Source of the DNA: Gemmatales bacterium
Lineage (GTDB): Bacteria > Planctomycetota > Planctomycetia > Gemmatales > HRBIN36
Assembly (NCBI GenBank): GCA_025055835.1
Contig: JANWWR010000006.1
Coordinates: forward strand, 59,120-123,119
Reading direction: 5' to 3'
Length of the DNA: 64,000 bases
Position numbers and translations under genes: made by a program
Notes under the pieces: model-generated
What the model was told of the DNA's origin: nothing
Database searches by the model: none
Seen by the model: only the letters and a program-made list of their open reading frames with translations
Shown: in pieces, positions 8,784 to 17,665 of the stretch
How positions within the stretch are numbered: position 1 is the stretch's first letter
Layout: every line of letters starts with the position of its first letter

Positions 8784-10139
8784 TCATGGCTCCGGCACGA
8801 CGGGAGGCCGATGCCTTGGCAGCTCACTTTTGAAATCGCCGAGGCTGTTCCAGCGGTAGCGTTTATTCAAATCCACCTCGGCAACGACGACGGTGCCAAA
8901 TTTCTCGGCGTGGACCAGGGGCCGCCCGTCGTGGCCGTACACCGCCGTCAGCATCCAGTTCCTCGAGATGTCCTCGTAGGTGCTGCTGACGATGTAAACA
9001 TGATTTTCGCAGGCACGGGCCGAGGCTAATTGCGGATTACAGCCCCAGACCGGCCAGGCGATTACTTCCGCTCCGCGATTCGTCAGTTGCCGGGCGACCT
9101 CGGGAAAGAAGCCATCGTAGCAAACCATCATGCCGACCTTGCCGAACCGGGTGTCGAACACGGGATAGTCGTTCCCCGGGGCGCAACCGCGTTGGATCTC
9201 TTCCCGCGGCAAAGTGACCTTGCGGTATTTCCCGACGACCTCGCCATCCGGTCCGATGAGAACCGCGACGTTGTAAACGAGATGTCGATCCCGCTCGAGC
9301 AGACCGGCGACGATGTAGAGGTTATGCTGCTTGGCCAATTCGCCGAAGATGCGGGTCGAAGGACCGGGAATCGGCTCGGCACACTCGGCGAGGCTGTGGG
9401 GATTCTTGCCCGTGCCGACATGGGTGATGGTTTCACCCAGGACGACCAGATCGGCCCCCTGCCGAGCAGCCTCGGCGATGAGCGGTGCGAACTCCCGGCA
9501 GTTCGACTCCGGCGATTTACCGCTGGGCTTGTAGTGGACAGCAGCAAGGCGAACCCGGCGGGGCTTGGGCGGATCGGTTTCAGCAAAGCTCACCTTCGCC
9601 CATTCGATCGAGCCATTCGGTGCCCACAGCAGGTGCAATTCGACGACCGCCCGGGTCGCCTTTTCTGGAGCCTGATAGGTGTCGGAAACCTCGGTCCAGC
9701 CGGAGGTGTCCGTAGCCTTGTCCGTGGGATGCTCGGCCTCTGCCGGCCCCTTCCAGCCCTGAAGGTAGCCAGCGACAGGTTCTTCGCTGAGAGGTACAGG
9801 TCGGCCGTGGTCATCCTCCCAGCGGATGCGAACCGAGGCGCTGCGGCGCGGCAAACTGACATTGTGGACCTTGCGGACGGCGAAGAAGCGATAGTGGCGG
9901 CCTCCCTGCACCGGAAACGTCTTCTCCCACCAGCCGTGCAGCCCTTCCCGCTCATCGTGCCGGATGACAAACGCTCCTCGATTGTCCGGTCCACCGCTGG
10001 GAAGATAGTCAAAGCTTGGTCGGATTTCGTCCCGGGGTGCTCGTGTTTTCCAGCCTTCCGGGGCTTGAGTTGGCTCCTGACCGAAAAGTGGCAGTGCAAA
10101 AGCCCAGACGGTCAAGACGCTTACCAGGCATGCTCGCAT
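8784..10139 (-). CDS. secreted carbon-nitrogen hydrolase (nitrilase superfamily) with an N-terminal beta-rich extension
   Basis: Signal peptide MRACLVSVLTVWAFALPLFGQ. Extra N-terminal domain of about 190 aa. CN-hydrolase Glu-Lys-Cys triad context LVVLGETI, YRKVTLP and MMVCYDGFFPE. Confidence 0.85.
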   Translation of the reverse strand: MRACLVSVLTVWAFALPLFGQEPTQAPEGWKTRAPRDEIRPSFDYLPSGGPDNRGAFVIRHDEREGLHGWWEKTFPVQGGRHYRFFAVRKVHNVSLPRRSASVRIRWEDDHGRPVPLSEEPVAGYLQGWKGPAEAEHPTDKATDTSGWTEVSDTYQAPEKATRAVVELHLLWAPNGSIEWAKVSFAETDPPKPRRVRLAAVHYKPSGKSPESNCREFAPLIAEAARQGADLVVLGETITHVGTGKNPHSLAECAEPIPGPSTRIFGELAKQHNLYIVAGLLERDRHLVYNVAVLIGPDGEVVGKYRKVTLPREEIQRGCAPGNDYPVFDTRFGKVGMMVCYDGFFPEVARQLTNRGAEVIAWPVWGCNPQLASARACENHVYIVSSTYEDISRNWMLTAVYGHDGRPLVHAEKFGTVVVAEVDLNKRYRWNSLGDFKSELPRHRPPVVPEP

Positions 10140-10415
10140 GGCTACCTCTCCTTTCGCTCGGAGTGGTCACGTGGCGGAAATTGAATAAGTGTTGCCTCCA
10201 CACCCGGCCGTCGGCGCACTCGGCAGGTTTGTCAGACTTTTGCCATTACCCCCGGCTTTCCTGGGTGTTAAAGTACCATCCGCAGGACGCCGTGCAAACC
10301 AGAGACGATCTCTCAAACCGGATTTGTCGAGCAAGCAGGATGCGCCGGTCGGGGAGATGGTGCGGGGTATTTCTGGGTAAACTTCGCGGGAGTCATGAGA
10401 CAACGGGAGAGGGCT

Positions 10416-13400
10416 ATGCATCGGCTTCGGCATCTCGCGTGGTTGGGGGGCGTGTTCGTCGCAACCGCCTGCCTGGTCGTGTTGTCGTTGGAACCGGCCT
10501 GGTCGCAGGATCAGGACCAGCGCTCACGGCTGGATCGGCTCACGGAACTGGAGAAGAAAGTCGGCGAGATCAGCAAGGAACTGGCGGAACTGAAGAAGTC
10601 CTTGGAGCAGCCGTCCGAGGCAGCCAAGGCCAGCGACACGGACAAGCCGGCCACGGACAAGCCGGCCGAAACGACCGCCCGCCAACCCGTCTCGCCAGAC
10701 GGTGGATTACCGGCCGAGTGGGTCAGGAGTCTGACCTGGCGGTGCATCGGACCGGCGGCGATGGGTGGCCGCATCACCGCGATCGCCGTGTATGAGAAGG
10801 ACCCCAGCATTTATTGGGTGGCCACGGCGTCCGGCGGGCTGCTCAAGACGACCAACAATGGCATCACCTTCGAGCATCAATTCGACAAGGAAGCCACGGT
10901 TTCCATCGGGGATGTCGCCGTCGCCCCGTCGGACCCGAACATCGTCTGGGTCGGCACGGGTGAAAACAACCCCCGTAATTCCGTCTCCTACGGCGACGGA
11001 GTGTACAAGTCCACGGACGGCGGCAAGACCTGGAAAAACATGGGCCTCAAGAAGAGCTTTCAGATCGGCAAGATCATCATCCATCCCACGGACCCGAACA
11101 TCGTTTATGTCGGGGCCTTGGGCCGCCTCTATGGGCCGAACGAAGAGCGGGGCTTGTTCAAGACCATCGACGGCGGAAACACCTGGGAAAAGATTCTGTA
11201 CATCGACGACAAGACCGGCGTGATCGACATGCGGATGCACCCCACCGATCCCGAGACGCTCATCGTCGCCACCTGGGAACGGCAGCGGGATGAGTACGAC
11301 GGCTTTTTCGGCAACGTCGAGGGCGATCAATACGGGCCGATCAAGACCCACGCGCCGGGCACGGGATTGTACAAGACAACCGACGGCGGCAAGACCTGGC
11401 GGAAACTGACCCAGGGGCTGCCGACCTGCAACATGGGCCGCATCGGCCTCGACTGGTACCGCAAGGATCCGAACGTCGTCTTCGCCATCATCGACACGGA
11501 AAAGGTGGGCATGACCACGGCAGCCTATCTCGGCGTGCAGGGCAACACGGCCAAGGAAGGCGTGGCCTTGACCTCCGTGGTCGAGAACGGCCCTGCCGCC
11601 AAGGCCGGGCTAAAAGCCGAGGATGTGCTGCTTTCCATCGGTGGTAAGGACGTTAAAGAGTTCGGTGACATCGCCAAGATCCTCGACGACTATGTGGCCG
11701 GGGACAAGGTCGAAGTCGCCTTCAAACGCGGTGAAGAAAAGAAGACCGTCGAAGTGACACTCGGCACCCGGCCGGCGCAGGCTGCCGGGGCGGCTTCCGG
11801 CATTCTCTTCGCCGGGTTCATGGCTGAGGACGTCGAAGGAGGGTTCCGCGTCACCCGGATCATGGCGGAGGATTCCCCGCTTCAGGTCGGCGACGTGATC
11901 CAATTGATCGACGATAAGCCGGTCAGCGGCTTCCGCGAAACCTTCCAACAACTCGCCAGCACCAAGCGGGCCGGGGATAAGATCAAGGTTCAGTTCGACC
12001 GCGACGGTCAGAAGAAGGACGCCGAATTGACGCTGACCGCCCCTCCCTTCGGCGGAGGCGGTGGACGAGGGGGCCTCGGAGCAGCCCCGGGCCGGACGAC
12101 ACGGCCGTTTTCTTCGACCTTGGGCGGCCAACGGGAAAACGTGCAGAATCAACAAGGCAAGGGCGGGTTTAACACCGGCGGCGTGTTCAAATCCACGGAC
12201 GGCGGCGAAACCTGGACCCGCATCAACAGCCTGAATCCCCGTCCCATGTATTTCAGCCAGGTCCGCGTCGATCCCAGCGACGACAAGTATGTGTACGTCC
12301 TGGGCGTGTCGCTCTACCGTTCCAACGACGGCGGCACGACCTTCCGTCCCGACGGAGGCCGGGGCGTTCATGCCGACCATCACGCCTTGTGGATCGATCC
12401 GCGGGATGGCCGACACATGATCCTCGGCACCGATGGCGGTTTCTACGTCACCTACGACCGCATGAACAATTGGGACCATCTCAACACCGCCGCCTTGGGC
12501 CAGTTCTATCACGTCGCCGTTGACCCGCGGAAAGATTACCGGGTGTACGGCGGCCTTCAGGACAACGGCAGTTGGGGCGGACCGGCACGGATCCGTTCGG
12601 GTTCAGGACCGATCAACGAGGATTGGTTCCGCATCGGCGGCGGCGACGGCTTCACCTGCCGCGTCGATCCGAATGATCCGGACCTCGTGTACTTCACCAG
12701 CCAGAACGGAGCGATGGGCCGACGTCATCTGCGGACCGGCGAGACGGCATCCATTCGGCCACGCACCCCAGGAGGCCCGGGCCGAGGCGAACCCGGTGGT
12801 CGTGGCGAACCGGCACAGCGGGGCGAGCAACCGGGTCGCGGGGAACAGCCGGGACGGACCGAGGGGCAGCCGCAACCCGCCGAGCAGCGGGAAGGCGAGG
12901 AGCAGCCGCGTACCGCCCAGCAGAGCCGTTACCGCTGGAACTGGAACACTCCTTTCATCCTCTCGCACCACAATTCGCGAATCTTCTACTGTGCAGCTAA
13001 CTACGTGTTCCGCTCGCTGGATCGGGGAAATGACTTGCAAGTTATTTCACCAGAGATCACGGCGTCCGAGAAAGGCAGCGGCACGGCGTTGTCGGAATCG
13101 CCGCGAAATCCGAACGTGCTTTACGCCGGGACCGACGACGGCATGATTTGGGTGACGCGGGACGGCGGCAAGACATGGAAGGAAGTCGGCAAGAACGTGC
13201 CCTTGCCGAAACGGATGTGGGTGGCGACGCTGGAGGCGTCCCGCTTTGCCGACGGCCGCTGCTACGTCTGCATTGACGGGCACCGCTCCGACGATGACAA
13301 CCCGTACCTGTTCGTGACCGAGGACTACGGCGAAACCTGGAAGCCGATCACAGGCAACCTGCCGTGGGGTTCGACCCGCTGCCTGCGGGAAGATTTGCAG

Positions 13401-14285
13401 AATCCCAATCTGCTCTTTGTCGGCACGGAGTTCGCCGTCTTCGCCTCGACCAACCGGGGCGTCAGTTGGACCAAGATCAACAACAATCTGCCGACCGTTG
13501 CCGTGCATGAATTGGCCATCCATCCGACCATGAACGAGATGGTTGCTGCCACGCACGGTCGCAGCCTGTGGATTGTGGACATCACGCCGCTGCGGCAGAT
13601 CAACAACGAGGTTCTGAGCGCCGACGCGGCTTTGCTGAAGCCTCACACGGCCATTCGCTGGCGGAGCGAACCGAGCCGGGGCGGCACCAACCGCCGCTTC
13701 GTCGGCAGCAACGGCCAGTCCGGGGCCCACATCTACTACGTTCTGAACAAGAATGCTGAGCGGGTTTCGATCAAGATCATGGACATCGAAGGCAAGGTGC
13801 TGCGGGAGCTTCGGGCCAGTTCGACGCCGGGTATGCATCGCGTCACCTGGGACCTGACTCGGGTGCCCGAACGACCTGCCGGAGCGGGCCAGCGTGGCGA
13901 ACCGGGTCAGGCTGGCCGGACCGGTCCGGGTGGCGGTCGAGGACAGCAGGCCGGAGCCGCCACGCAGACCCCCGGCGGTCAACCGCCTACCGCTCAGCCG
14001 CCTTCGGGTCCGCAGCCGACCCAGCCTCCGGGAGGATTCGGTGGTTTCGGTCGCGGCGGCTTCGGCGGGTTTGGCGGACAGCCGGTCCCGGCAGGCACCT
14101 ACCGCGTGGTCCTGACCGTGGACGGCAAGGAGTACAGCCAGATTGTCCGCGTCGAGAACGATCCGAATTACCCGAACTTGGATCAGATCGTCGCCGACGA
14201 GGAAGAGTTCGACGAGGAGGAAGAGGAGGAAGAGGAACGCGATCCGATTCCCCTGGAGTGGCTCATTCCGGCTGACATCCGCTAA
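10416..14285 (+). CDS. sortilin/VPS10-like BNR (Asp-box) beta-propeller protein with two inserted PDZ domains and low-complexity tracts
   Basis: SD GGGAGAGGG lies before the ATG at 10416, followed by signal/anchor LAWLGGVFVATACLVVLS. At least 8 Asp-boxes are present (STDGGKTW, TIDGGNTW, TTDGGKTW, STDGGETW, SNDGGTTF, TRDGGKTW, TEDYGETW, STNRGVSW). PDZ-like segments fall at about 11.52-11.77 kb and 11.80-12.04 kb. Low-complexity tracts include RGEPGGRGEPAQRGEQPGRGEQPGR, GGFGGFGRGGFGGFGG and EEEFDEEEEEEEERD. Confidence 0.85.
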   Translation: MHRLRHLAWLGGVFVATACLVVLSLEPAWSQDQDQRSRLDRLTELEKKVGEISKELAELKKSLEQPSEAAKASDTDKPATDKPAETTARQPVSPDGGLPAEWVRSLTWRCIGPAAMGGRITAIAVYEKDPSIYWVATASGGLLKTTNNGITFEHQFDKEATVSIGDVAVAPSDPNIVWVGTGENNPRNSVSYGDGVYKSTDGGKTWKNMGLKKSFQIGKIIIHPTDPNIVYVGALGRLYGPNEERGLFKTIDGGNTWEKILYIDDKTGVIDMRMHPTDPETLIVATWERQRDEYDGFFGNVEGDQYGPIKTHAPGTGLYKTTDGGKTWRKLTQGLPTCNMGRIGLDWYRKDPNVVFAIIDTEKVGMTTAAYLGVQGNTAKEGVALTSVVENGPAAKAGLKAEDVLLSIGGKDVKEFGDIAKILDDYVAGDKVEVAFKRGEEKKTVEVTLGTRPAQAAGAASGILFAGFMAEDVEGGFRVTRIMAEDSPLQVGDVIQLIDDKPVSGFRETFQQLASTKRAGDKIKVQFDRDGQKKDAELTLTAPPFGGGGGRGGLGAAPGRTTRPFSSTLGGQRENVQNQQGKGGFNTGGVFKSTDGGETWTRINSLNPRPMYFSQVRVDPSDDKYVYVLGVSLYRSNDGGTTFRPDGGRGVHADHHALWIDPRDGRHMILGTDGGFYVTYDRMNNWDHLNTAALGQFYHVAVDPRKDYRVYGGLQDNGSWGGPARIRSGSGPINEDWFRIGGGDGFTCRVDPNDPDLVYFTSQNGAMGRRHLRTGETASIRPRTPGGPGRGEPGGRGEPAQRGEQPGRGEQPGRTEGQPQPAEQREGEEQPRTAQQSRYRWNWNTPFILSHHNSRIFYCAANYVFRSLDRGNDLQVISPEITASEKGSGTALSESPRNPNVLYAGTDDGMIWVTRDGGKTWKEVGKNVPLPKRMWVATLEASRFADGRCYVCIDGHRSDDDNPYLFVTEDYGETWKPITGNLPWGSTRCLREDLQNPNLLFVGTEFAVFASTNRGVSWTKINNNLPTVAVHELAIHPTMNEMVAATHGRSLWIVDITPLRQINNEVLSADAALLKPHTAIRWRSEPSRGGTNRRFVGSNGQSGAHIYYVLNKNAERVSIKIMDIEGKVLRELRASSTPGMHRVTWDLTRVPERPAGAGQRGEPGQAGRTGPGGGRGQQAGAATQTPGGQPPTAQPPSGPQPTQPPGGFGGFGRGGFGGFGGQPVPAGTYRVVLTVDGKEYSQIVRVENDPNYPNLDQIVADEEEFDEEEEEEEERDPIPLEWLIPADIR

Positions 14286-14303
14286 GCGTTTTTGAATTCG
14301 ACT

Positions 14304-14362
14304 CGGGAGCGCGGCTCGACGGAGGCTTTTTCCTCGGGCCGCGCTCCCGTTGCGTTTTGTTG
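14304..14362 (+). terminator. putative intrinsic terminator downstream of the beta-propeller gene
   Basis: Perfect 12-bp inverted repeat CGGGAGCGCGGC (14304-14315) / GCCGCGCTCCCG (14338-14349), followed by TTGCGTTTTGTTG. Confidence 0.55.
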
Positions 14363-14534
14363 TGGTATTTCACCCTCGCGGTGTGTAGAAAACGTTAGGA
14401 AGACATGATTAGAACAGATTTGACGTCTTGCCGATCCCGCCCGGTCGGTCCGACTTGACGCATGCGCCGTTCTCAGCGATATCTACGCCGGCCGATGTCC
14501 AGTGATGCTTGAAAAATAAGGAGGTCCTCCGCCC

Positions 14535-16847
14535 ATGGCCCCGACCACGACCGCTGCCCCGGAAAAAGCAACGCCCAAGCAATCTCCTCAAAAAACATCG
14601 TTCTGGGACCGACTCTTGATCGGCCTCGCCTGGCTGACCCTCTGGCCGATCATCTGGCTTCTCATCAAATGCATGTACCGCATTCGGGTCGTGGGACTGG
14701 AAAATGTTCCAGCCACCGGACCGGCAATCCTCGTCTGCAACCATGTCACCTGGTTCGACGGGTTCTTCATCGCGTCCACGATGAAGCGGCGGGTCCGCTT
14801 CCTGGTTTATGCCCCGTACATCAAGAACCCCTTCTTTGGTTGGCTGCTGCGGTTGGCCGAGGTGATTCCAATCGCGTCCGAAGCCGGTCCTCGGGCCATC
14901 ATCACGGCTCTGCGGGAAGCGGGGGAGTGCCTGAAACGCGGCGAGATCATCGGCATCTTCCCCGAAGGAGCCTTGACCCGCACCGGAGCTATGCTGCCGT
15001 TCAACCGCGGGGTCGAAAAGATTCTCGAGAAAAATCCGGTGCCGGTGATCCCCGCGTGCCTCGACCGTCTCTGGGGCAGCCTTGTCAGTCATTCCGGAGG
15101 CAAGTTCTTCTGGAAGTGGCCGAAGCACTGGCGATACCCGGTCACGGTCATGTACGGCAAACCGCTGCCGCCGGACACCAAGCTTTGGCAATTACGACAG
15201 GCCGTTCAACAGCTTCAAACGGAATGCTTCATCCTTCGGCGGGAGGATCATAAGCCAGCACATCGGCAGTTCGTCCGCATGGCCTGTCGGCACCCGTTCC
15301 GGTCCTGCATCATCGACGGGTTGACCGAGGGAAAAGAACTGAACTTCGCCATGACGCTCACCGGAGCCAGTCTGCTCGCAGAAAAGCTCCGGCCCCTGCT
15401 GGCGGACCAGGAGATGGTCGGCGTCCTGCTCCCCACGACTCTCGGCGGAGCTTTGGTCAACATCGCCGTGGCGTTCCTGGGAAAGCCGGTCGTTAATCTC
15501 AATTACACGGCCAGCAAGGAAGCAATGCAGTCAGCCCTGCGGCAGTGCAAGATCACCAAGGTCGTCACCGCTCGTGCCTTCCGGGAGCGGATCAAGCCGG
15601 ACCTCGGACCCGATGTTCAGTTCATCGACCTCGAAGAGATTCGCAAGCAGATTCCGAAGTGGCGTCAGATACTGCGTTACCTTCAGGTGGTTTGCCTGCC
15701 TGGGTGGTGGCTGGAGTATGTCACGCTCCGACTCGGCAAGCACCGCGGAGACCAGTTAGCCACGGTGATCTTTTCCAGCGGCAGCACCGGCGACCCCAAG
15801 GGCGTGATGCTGTCGCATGACAACATCGTCGGCAACATCGAATCGTGCTTGCAGGCCCTGGATCCGCTGCCGGGCGACCGGATGCTGGCCGTGCTGCCGT
15901 TCTTCCACAGCTTCGGCTACACCGTTACGCTTTGGTTGCCGCTGACCATCGGAGCGTCCGCGGTGTACTATCCCGACCCGCGGCAGGCCAAGGAAATCGG
16001 TCAACTCTGCAAGAAATACAAGTGCACCTTGTTCGTCACAACGCCGACCTTCCTCCGCTTCATCATTCGCAAGTGCGAACCGGACGAATTCCGCAGCTTG
16101 CGTCTGCTCATCACCGGGGCGGAAAAACTGCCGCGATCGGTGGCGGAGGAGTTCGAGGCCAAGTTTGGCATCACGCCGCTGGAGGGTTACGGCACCACGG
16201 AACTGTCGCCGGTCGTCGCCACGAATGTGCCCGATTACCGCAGCCCGGTCATGACACAGATCGGACATAAGCCCGGTACCGTCGGTCATCCCGTTCCCGG
16301 CGTATCGGTCAAGATCGTCGATCCGAACGACTATTCCAAGGTCCTGCCGCCCGGCGAAGTCGGAATGCTCCTGGTCAAAGGACCGAACGTGATGGTTGGC
16401 TACCTGAACCGTCCCGAGGCCACCGCCGAGGTGATCCGCGACGGCTGGTACGTCACCGGCGACCTCGCTTCGCTCGACGAAGACGGGTTCATCACCATCC
16501 ACGACCGTCTCTCCCGGTTCAGCAAAGTGGCCGGGGAAATGGTGCCTCATCAGAAGGTCGAGGATGCCATTCACGGGATCTTGCGAACCTCCGAGCGGGT
16601 TTGCGTCGTAACCGGCGTGCCGGATGAGAGGAAAGGCGAACGCTTGGTTGTGCTGTACATCCCGACGAACGGCATGGACCCCAAGCGAGTGCATGAACTG
16701 CTGGCCTCCAGCGATCTGCCCAACCTCTGGCTCCCGAGTCCGAATGCGTACTACCAGGTGCCCGAGATTCCGATCCTTGGCAGCGGCAAGCTGGACCTGC
16801 AAAAAGTAAAACAAATGGCGTACCACCTTAGCAGTGCCCAATCGTGA
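14535..16847 (+). CDS. aas: bifunctional lysophospholipid acyltransferase / acyl-[ACP] synthetase (Aas-like)
   Basis: AAGGAGG SD upstream. N-terminal PlsC-type domain with HX4D (NHVTWFD) and FPEGALTR. C-terminal AMP-binding domain with IFSSGSTGDPKGVMLSH, GYGTTE and TGDLASLDEDGF. This architecture matches E. coli Aas. Confidence 0.85.
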   Translation: MAPTTTAAPEKATPKQSPQKTSFWDRLLIGLAWLTLWPIIWLLIKCMYRIRVVGLENVPATGPAILVCNHVTWFDGFFIASTMKRRVRFLVYAPYIKNPFFGWLLRLAEVIPIASEAGPRAIITALREAGECLKRGEIIGIFPEGALTRTGAMLPFNRGVEKILEKNPVPVIPACLDRLWGSLVSHSGGKFFWKWPKHWRYPVTVMYGKPLPPDTKLWQLRQAVQQLQTECFILRREDHKPAHRQFVRMACRHPFRSCIIDGLTEGKELNFAMTLTGASLLAEKLRPLLADQEMVGVLLPTTLGGALVNIAVAFLGKPVVNLNYTASKEAMQSALRQCKITKVVTARAFRERIKPDLGPDVQFIDLEEIRKQIPKWRQILRYLQVVCLPGWWLEYVTLRLGKHRGDQLATVIFSSGSTGDPKGVMLSHDNIVGNIESCLQALDPLPGDRMLAVLPFFHSFGYTVTLWLPLTIGASAVYYPDPRQAKEIGQLCKKYKCTLFVTTPTFLRFIIRKCEPDEFRSLRLLITGAEKLPRSVAEEFEAKFGITPLEGYGTTELSPVVATNVPDYRSPVMTQIGHKPGTVGHPVPGVSVKIVDPNDYSKVLPPGEVGMLLVKGPNVMVGYLNRPEATAEVIRDGWYVTGDLASLDEDGFITIHDRLSRFSKVAGEMVPHQKVEDAIHGILRTSERVCVVTGVPDERKGERLVVLYIPTNGMDPKRVHELLASSDLPNLWLPSPNAYYQVPEIPILGSGKLDLQKVKQMAYHLSSAQS

Positions 16848-17665
16848 GTCGGGAGCATCTTCAGAGCGGGAACCGGCTGGAGCTTCTGAAGCAAGTCCGA
16901 GTGGTTCTCGTCCGCACCGAGATCGCGGGAAACATCGGAGCGACCGCCCGAGTGCTCGCCAATTTCGGCATCCGGGACTGGTGCCTGGTTGCTCCGCAAG
17001 CCGACCCGCTTGCCGAGGAATCGGTGAAATTCGCGGCTCGCGCCCAGCCCACCCTGACATCGGTTCGTCGATGCGAGACGCTTACCGAGGCTGTCGCGGA
17101 CTGCCTCGTCGTCTGCGGCACCACCTCGCATGAAACCGGCATGATCCGCTCGACATCTTTGGGCTTGCCTTGGGAAATCCTGCCGCGTCTGCTCTCGGCG
17201 GCGGTCTCGGGCAAGGTGGCGTTGGTGTTTGGACCCGAAGCGGACGGACTGAGCAACGAGGACCTCAGCCTATGCCATCACATCCTGCACATTCCAACCG
17301 ACGATGGTTATCCGGCCCTGAATCTTTCCCACAGCGTTGCCGTCTGTCTGTACGAACTGCGAAGGAGTCTTTTGCTCAACGACCGGCTTGAACAGCCGCG
17401 AAGCGACCTTGCTGCCTTCACTGAACAACAGCGGATGTTTGAACACCTTGAAGAGGCACTCACAGAATTGCATTTCCTCTGGAAGCCGGATGCGGATCGG
17501 CTCATGTACGCGATTCGGCATCTGCTCGGTCGAGCAGGATTGACGCATCAGGAAGTACAGATCCTTCACGGCCTTGCCCGTCAGATCCAATGGCGGTGCC
17601 GTCATCCGAATCCGCCTTATTCTCCGCCCTTGCCAAGTGATCCTGCGTCGAAGGCGATGGGCTGA
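16844..17665 (+). CDS. SpoU/TrmH-class RNA 2'-O-methyltransferase, TrmJ/LasT-like
   Basis: The GTG start overlaps the aas stop (GTGA). VRVVLVRTEIAGNIGATARVLANFG, ALVFGPEADGLSNEDL and LNLSHSVAVCLYEL. Confidence 0.8.
   Translation: MSREHLQSGNRLELLKQVRVVLVRTEIAGNIGATARVLANFGIRDWCLVAPQADPLAEESVKFAARAQPTLTSVRRCETLTEAVADCLVVCGTTSHETGMIRSTSLGLPWEILPRLLSAAVSGKVALVFGPEADGLSNEDLSLCHHILHIPTDDGYPALNLSHSVAVCLYELRRSLLLNDRLEQPRSDLAAFTEQQRMFEHLEEALTELHFLWKPDADRLMYAIRHLLGRAGLTHQEVQILHGLARQIQWRCRHPNPPYSPPLPSDPASKAMG

Noticed and set aside
9030-10184. 384-aa + strand ORF antisense to the CN-hydrolase gene
   Set aside because: This is a shadow ORF with no motifs. The opposite frame carries the Glu-Lys-Cys nitrilase-superfamily triad.
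12770-12910. GE(P/Q)PG-rich tract considered as a collagen-like repeat or a frameshift artefact
   Set aside because: The tract has no strict Gly-X-Y periodicity. The reading frame continues seamlessly into conserved Asp-box blades on both sides. I treated it as an intrinsic low-complexity linker.
15756-17060. 434-aa - strand ORF antisense to aas and trmJ
   Set aside because: This is a shadow ORF with an Arg/Gly/Asp-rich translation. It spans the junction of two well-supported + strand genes.
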